DNA from: an uncultured bacterium
GTDB lineage: Bacteria > Krumholzibacteriota > Krumholzibacteriia > LZORAL124-64-63
Assembly: GCA_963727525.1 (NCBI GenBank)
Contig: CAVSGO010000007.1
Span: 1,760,001-1,824,000 of the forward strand
DNA length: 64,000 nt
Direction of reading: 5' to 3'
A model generated the notes under the pieces. The model did no database searches, was not told the origin of the DNA, and was given only the letters and a program-made list of their open reading frames with translations. Position numbers and translations under genes: made by a program. The stretch's first letter is position 1. Each line of letters begins with the position of its first letter. Shown in pieces: positions 58,886 to 64,000 of the stretch.

Positions 58886-58911
58886 GTCATACCGGCAGGA
58901 TCGCAAGCGCC

Positions 58912-61740
58912 CTACTGGACGATCACCATCTTGCGCGTCTCGGTGAAGTTCTTTCCGCTCAGACGGTAGAAATACGTGCCGCTGCTGGTCTTCAGACCGT
59001 GATCGTCACGGCCGTCCCAGGTGCGCGTGTACTGACCCGCCACCAGCGGTGCGTGCTCGAGCGTGCGAACTCGCTGGCCGCGCACGTCGAAGATCGTCAG
59101 CGACACCACGCCGGCGTCGGCCGGCACGCTGAAGCTTATCTGCGTGGAAGGATTGAACGGGTTCGGCGCATTCTGCGCCAGACCGAAGGCGGTGGGCAGC
59201 GCATCCGGCGTGGCCGTAGCCGCGCCGTCGCATTCGAAACCCGAGATATCGTAGAGCGCCCAGCCCACGAGCGTCCCGGTGCCGCCGTTGCCCTGGTCAC
59301 GCACGATGAGCTGCCAGTCGCCATCAAGCGGCTGACCCAGGAACGTGCTCAGCGGTTGCGCCGGCGTGAGCGTGTTGGGGTAGTTGCCGATGATGTTGTC
59401 GGCCGAGCCACCCTGGAACGCCGTCAGGAAGATCGACGTGCCCTGCGGCGAGACCAGGCGCACGATGAGATCGCCGATGTAGTCGTGCAGGATGTTCACG
59501 TCGAGGTTCAGGTTCTCGTCGACGGTGGCACCCGTACCGCTGATCGTGATCGTGCTGACGACCTGGTTGCCATCGTTGTCCGGCACCGGGGTGTTCGGGC
59601 TCGCCACACCGTAACCGCCGAGCGGTACACCCACGTAGAGCTGAGCCGATCGCGTCACGCTGGCCGGAACGCCGTTCACCTGGTAGTCAATGGCCAGGGA
59701 GAAAGCCATGAGAGTCCCGCACGCGACGTTGCCATCCACGGTGACGGTGTAATCCACCGTGCTGGTGCTCTGACCGTTCACTGGCAGGTCGGGATAGTTC
59801 GCCGTGTCCTGGACCACTGTCACACCCGGCGTGGAGGTGCTCAGCACCGCGCTCACCGCGGTGGCGCCGGCCAGTCCGCTGTTCGCCAGCGTCACCTGCA
59901 CGTCCACCGTCTCGCCAGGATCCGCCGCGCCGTTGCCCGACGGCTCGGACGTCACGGCGAAGGACGCGACACCCACCGCCGGCAGCGGTTCGAGGATGAT
60001 GTTGTGCACGAGGAACTTCTGCACGAAGACCCCGGCGTGCGGGCCGCCGGGCTCCATCGCCTGCGCCGTGGCGATGATGACGTTGGCCATGTCACGCATC
60101 TTGAGACCGCTGCCAAGACCGAACTTCGACTCGAGCAGGATCGAGTCTACCGATTCGCGGGTCTCGCCCATGCCCACCAGCGTGATCAGCGACTGGAAGA
60201 GCGGCGTGCTCCACAGTTCGTCCGACTGGTAGCCGCCGGGGATCGACACGTGCGCCGGGTAGAAGGTGGTGTGCACGTACTGCGCGCCGTTGGCGTTCAG
60301 GATGCGTCCCGGCCAGCACTGGTTGCCGTTGCCATGGCCGTCCCAGGAGTAGATGTAGTTGGGAAAGAACGTGGGACCATTGGGGGTGCTGTAGCTGTAG
60401 GAACCACCCCAGTAGTCGCCCCAGCCCTCGCCCATGGCGCCGGTGTCGCCGCCTGACCAGTTGTGATTGATGTCCGAATCGATCGCATGGCCATACTCGT
60501 GCCAGATCACGTCGGCATCCTCGTCGTCATCGACACAGCCGTGACCAAAGGCCAGTCGGTTGGAGCCGGGCAGGTAGTGCGAGTTGTCGGCGCCGCTGAG
60601 GCCGTCGGTGTCCGTGCCGATCGAGCCGTCCTGGATGCCCATGGCGCCCACGAAGCCGAGGTCCTGCATGTAGCGCTGGCTCTTGTCGAGCTGGAAGTAC
60701 ACCATCGCATCGTCGAAGGAATTGTCGCCGCGGGCGCGATTCCAGTTGCCGTCGGGCGTGGTGCTGGGCGCCGTATTGGGAGTCTCGAAGTTGATGATAT
60801 TCACCCAGGGGCCGTTGAGGCGATAGACGGAACCGTCGAATTCGATGTCCATCAGCGGCTCGGTGAAGTAAGCGTTGGTAAAGGCGCTGGCCGGCGAGTT
60901 GTCCTGGAGGTTGTTGTTGATCAGCGTGGTGCGCGGATCCGGGTCGAAGACCAGGCCGGTGCCGTTCACGCGCGACTTCGCCGCGTTCATCATGGCGGCG
61001 CGCTTGGCCTCGAGCTCGGTGATGCGCGCGAAGGCCGCCTGGCGATCGGCCAGCGGGCCCTGGTGCTGACTCAGACGAACCTCGACCGGATCGACCGGCT
61101 GACGGTACATGGCCGTGTCCGTCACCTCGACGATCTGGCCGGTCACCGCGTCGATGCGGCAGCGCCAGGCGCCGTCTGGACCGTCGAGATCGAGATCGAC
61201 CAGCCAGTTCAGGCGGAAGCTCTCGCCCTCGGGCGTGTAGACCAGCTTCGCCGCCGGTAGCGACCGCAGGTCGCCGTAGGCACCCAGATAGCCCCAGGCG
61301 ATGTCGTACGCCGTTTCGGCGTCCATGCCACCGCGGGGCAGGAACGTCGCGTTCTCGCCCACGGGGTAGGTATTGTTGAAGATGCGCATCACGTGCCCGT
61401 CGCGCTTGCTCACGGACACGATGAACTCGGCGCCCTCGACGGGCAGGCCATTGAGCATTTGCTGGAAGGTGACATGGCGGGCAAGCAAGCTTTCGCGTTC
61501 GCCGCTGGGCATGAGATTGCCCAGGTCGGACGGCAACGCATACCTGGTCGCCTGATCTTGCAGGAAAGCCTCGGCGGTGCCTTGCGCGGTCGCACCCGCG
61601 ACGGCGTGCCAGGCGGGGTCGAACTGGACCTTCGCGGTCTCGCGATAATCCGTATGATAGGTGTCCGTCGCCAGCGAGGCCGCGCTCGCGGCAAAAGCAC
61701 CGGTAGCTAGCAGACCGATGACCAGTACCTTCAATTTCAT
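58912..61740 (-). CDS. Secreted M36/M4-type metallopeptidase with FTP/PepSY propeptide, P-domain and FlgD-Ig CTD
   Basis: Signal peptide, FQQ..NG.PV, IDAVTG, HEYGH...MGEGWGD, H.YIGDL.V.LVSP.G and NAPNPFNP. Confidence 0.88.
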   Translation of the reverse strand: MKLKVLVIGLLATGAFAASAASLATDTYHTDYRETAKVQFDPAWHAVAGATAQGTAEAFLQDQATRYALPSDLGNLMPSGERESLLARHVTFQQMLNGLPVEGAEFIVSVSKRDGHVMRIFNNTYPVGENATFLPRGGMDAETAYDIAWGYLGAYGDLRSLPAAKLVYTPEGESFRLNWLVDLDLDGPDGAWRCRIDAVTGQIVEVTDTAMYRQPVDPVEVRLSQHQGPLADRQAAFARITELEAKRAAMMNAAKSRVNGTGLVFDPDPRTTLINNNLQDNSPASAFTNAYFTEPLMDIEFDGSVYRLNGPWVNIINFETPNTAPSTTPDGNWNRARGDNSFDDAMVYFQLDKSQRYMQDLGFVGAMGIQDGSIGTDTDGLSGADNSHYLPGSNRLAFGHGCVDDDEDADVIWHEYGHAIDSDINHNWSGGDTGAMGEGWGDYWGGSYSYSTPNGPTFFPNYIYSWDGHGNGNQCWPGRILNANGAQYVHTTFYPAHVSIPGGYQSDELWSTPLFQSLITLVGMGETRESVDSILLESKFGLGSGLKMRDMANVIIATAQAMEPGGPHAGVFVQKFLVHNIILEPLPAVGVASFAVTSEPSGNGAADPGETVDVQVTLANSGLAGATAVSAVLSTSTPGVTVVQDTANYPDLPVNGQSTSTVDYTVTVDGNVACGTLMAFSLAIDYQVNGVPASVTRSAQLYVGVPLGGYGVASPNTPVPDNDGNQVVSTITISGTGATVDENLNLDVNILHDYIGDLIVRLVSPQGTSIFLTAFQGGSADNIIGNYPNTLTPAQPLSTFLGQPLDGDWQLIVRDQGNGGTGTLVGWALYDISGFECDGAATATPDALPTAFGLAQNAPNPFNPSTQISFSVPADAGVVSLTIFDVRGQRVRTLEHAPLVAGQYTRTWDGRDDHGLKTSSGTYFYRLSGKNFTETRKMVIVQ

Positions 61741-61865
61741 GTTCCACTCCTCGGAGAGTCGCCAGAAACACTACAGAGGCTGCCTATGATAACACAAAAA
61801 CCAGAACCGTACGTGAGGCGATTTCTACACCGACGGCCAAGGCTCGGCACTCCGGCATGCGAAGC

Positions 61866-61893
61866 GGCCCCCGGCGCCGCAGCACCGGGGGCC
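61866..61893 (-). terminator. Hairpin downstream of the rhodanese gene
   Basis: GGCCCCCGG...CCGGGGGCC. Confidence 0.5.
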
Positions 61894-61916
61894 ACAAGTT
61901 AAACTCATACAATAAG

Positions 61917-63782
61917 TTACATGTTTGGCAGCGGCGTGACTTCCAGCGGGAAATCGTGCTGCGAGCCCGGCCCCCACGCGTGGGCCGTGAGGCTGTCGTG
62001 GAACAGGGCATTCGAGCCATTGCGAAGGCTGTAGGCCTCGTAGCCCAGCATGTTCAGGAACGCCGTGATCTGGGACGAGGTCTGCCCCGTCCAGCAGTAG
62101 ACCACGATCGGCTTGTCCAGGGGCAGGTGCCCGAGCAACTGGTCCAGGCCGAGGCTGCTGCCCGGCGAGAACTGGTAGGCGCCAGGAATGTGGCCCGGCG
62201 TGCCGGCGCTGCCGGTACCGTCGTAGTCGGCCTCGCCGAAGTAGTTGAGGATGAAGTAGTCACCCAGGTTGTCCTGGATGTCGGAGTACCCGATGCTCTT
62301 GAAACCGTCGGTGAGCATCGCCGCCACGCGGTCGGCCACGACGGTCTGCGGGGTCTCGTCCGCGAGCGTCGGATAGTCGTGCCAGACCAGCATGGTATTG
62401 TTGTGCGTGGTCTCGGGGTTGGTCAGCAGGTTGGCGCAGCTCGACGTCCAGTGGTCATAGCCGTCCTGGGTGCTCCATGACGACATGCCGAAGCCCAGCG
62501 TGTAGGTGTCGGTGTAGCCCATCATCTCGAGCGCGATCTTGGCGTGGCCTGCCGACTGGCCCGAGTAGCAGGCGACGACGAGCGGCTTGTCCGTGGGAAT
62601 CGTCGTGCCGACGTCGCTCAGCAGCGTGCCCAGCGAGGAATGGTACGCCCCGGCGATATGACCCGCGTCATACGTGGCCTGCGAGCGGATATCGATGACG
62701 GTGTAGTCCGACAGGTTGTCATAGAGCACCTGCGCCGAGATCACGCCCGGACAGTCGGCGGTGTTCACATAGTTGATGCCCGCGTCGAGCAACGTCTGGA
62801 AGGTCTCGTTCGGCTGGTAGCCGGAGGCCAGTGAGTAGTCGTGCTTCGACGTTTCGGCCCACGTGTGCGCCGTCAGGCTGCTGTGGAAGAGCGTGTTGGC
62901 GCCGTAGCGCAGGCTGTAGGCGTCGTAGCCGAGCATCTGCAGGTACGCGGTGACCTGCGACGACGTCTGGCTGGTCCAGCAGTAGACGATGATCGGCATG
63001 TCGGTGGGCAGGTATTTCAGCATCTGGTCCGCGCCCAGGCTCGCGCCCGGCGTGAACTGGAAGGCGCCCGGGATGTGGCCGGGCACGCCGGCGGTGCCGA
63101 CGCCGTTGTAGTCGTCCGCGCCGAAGTAATTCACGATGAAGTACGCGTCGAGATTGTCCTGGATATCGGACCATGCCTTGCCCCAGCTGCCGTTCAGCAG
63201 CATGGCCTGCACGCGCTCCTGAACGACCGTGGCCGGGGCCTCGGTGAGCACCGGGAATTCGTGTTCCACGAGACTGGCATTGTTGTTCGTGGTCTCGGGG
63301 CTGGCCAGGTTGTCGCCAACCGCGCCGTCCCAGCCGCCGCACAGCGCCGTGCTCCACGACGACATGCCGAAGCCCAGCGTGTAAACATCGGCGTAACCCA
63401 TCATCTCGAGAGCGATCTTGCCGCGGCCCGCGCTCTGACCGGTGTAGCAGGCCACGACCAGCGGCTTGTCCGTGGGAATCGTCGTGCCGACGTCGGTGAG
63501 CAGGGTGGCCAGCGACGAGTTGTAGGCGCCCGGGATGTGGCCGGCGAGGTAGGTGGCATTGCTACGGATGTCGATGACGGTGTAGTCGGCCAGATTGTCC
63601 TTCAAGGTCTGGGCCGAGATCACGCCCGGGCAGTCGGGCGAGTTGATGTAGGCCGCGCCCGCGGTCGCCATGGTCTCGAAGGCCGTGGTCGTGGGCGGCT
63701 GCGTGGTATCGTCATCCGAGCAACCCCAGAAGAGTGCCAGGACGAGCATAAGGAAAATCCAGCTGAGTCCCTTGCGATTCAT
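61917..63782 (-). CDS. Lipoprotein with four rhodanese-like domains (two tandem repeats)
   Basis: Lipobox FWGC; repeated IDIRS...GHI.GA, VVACY.GQSAG, GHIPGA.QF and VYCWT.QTSS. Confidence 0.88.
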   Translation of the reverse strand: MNRKGLSWIFLMLVLALFWGCSDDDTTQPPTTTAFETMATAGAAYINSPDCPGVISAQTLKDNLADYTVIDIRSNATYLAGHIPGAYNSSLATLLTDVGTTIPTDKPLVVACYTGQSAGRGKIALEMMGYADVYTLGFGMSSWSTALCGGWDGAVGDNLASPETTNNNASLVEHEFPVLTEAPATVVQERVQAMLLNGSWGKAWSDIQDNLDAYFIVNYFGADDYNGVGTAGVPGHIPGAFQFTPGASLGADQMLKYLPTDMPIIVYCWTSQTSSQVTAYLQMLGYDAYSLRYGANTLFHSSLTAHTWAETSKHDYSLASGYQPNETFQTLLDAGINYVNTADCPGVISAQVLYDNLSDYTVIDIRSQATYDAGHIAGAYHSSLGTLLSDVGTTIPTDKPLVVACYSGQSAGHAKIALEMMGYTDTYTLGFGMSSWSTQDGYDHWTSSCANLLTNPETTHNNTMLVWHDYPTLADETPQTVVADRVAAMLTDGFKSIGYSDIQDNLGDYFILNYFGEADYDGTGSAGTPGHIPGAYQFSPGSSLGLDQLLGHLPLDKPIVVYCWTGQTSSQITAFLNMLGYEAYSLRNGSNALFHDSLTAHAWGPGSQHDFPLEVTPLPNM

Positions 63783-63882
63783 CGCGTCAACTCCTCGGTC
63801 TGGCCCTGTGGGCCGTGAGCAGGGCGGCGGTCGCCCCATCGCGGTACCGGCCGGCTCCCTCCGGAGCCGGCCGGCATGCGGA

Positions 63883-64000
63883 CTATTTGCCCGGGAACGA
63901 ACCCGGGATCACGATGTCGATGTTCGCGTCGTAATCGGGCAGCCTGGTCACGCCATCCGACTGGTAGAGATCGGACTCGCGCAGGAAGAAGCCCTCCGGT
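63883..64000 (-). CDS. C-terminal end of a CDS extending beyond the window
   Basis: Open frame ...PEGFFLRESDLYQSDGVTRLPDYDANIDIVIPGSFPGK*, followed by hairpin CCGGCCGGCTCC/GGAGCCGGCCGG at 63847-63874. Confidence 0.55.
   Translation of the reverse strand, partial: PEGFFLRESDLYQSDGVTRLPDYDANIDIVIPGSFPGK

Overview
GC-rich bacterial chromosomal segment, mostly core and metabolic genes. Two secreted peptidases end in a YPNPFNP/APNPFNP FlgD-Ig (T9SS-CTD-like) domain, which suggests an FCB-associated lineage such as Krumholzibacteriota or Latescibacterota (inference). In order the window holds: an M28 peptidase; an ECF sigma/anti-sigma/DUF4097 operon; a DUF3160 protein; a decayed PIN toxin; an OPT transporter; small accessory genes downstream of tRNA-Lys; nth, ssb and tRNA-His/Arg/Pro; the smpB-amiC-GerMN-murI-rph-rdgB operon; tRNA-Leu; a CHAT-like protein; IMPase; a PDZ/GAF/PP2C phosphatase with a TPR partner; a GT2-TPR glycosyltransferase; TrmH; squalene/phytoene synthase; an outer-membrane protein; sahR-ahcY; an Lpd-like/GlcD-GlcE fusion/glcF operon; NmrA; etfBA; a FabK-like enzyme; DUF5752-treT-otsA; a FadF-like Fe-S oxidoreductase; a nucleotide-sugar operon ending in a HemC-like gene; an M36/M4-type peptidase; and a four-rhodanese lipoprotein. 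I found no CRISPR array, rRNA, integrase or transposase. Most notable observations: (1) four uninterrupted ORFs whose enzyme folds have lost catalytic motifs (HemC-, Lpd-, NeuA- and CHAT-like); (2) an RdgB with a ~135-aa insertion; (3) a perfect sigma-28 promoter ahead of a GmaR-like glycosyltransferase, with weaker copies ahead of the CHAT-like and Cys-rich genes; (4) a structured 5' leader with a uORF and mutually exclusive helices upstream of squalene synthase. All family assignments come from recognising motifs by eye; no database search was run.
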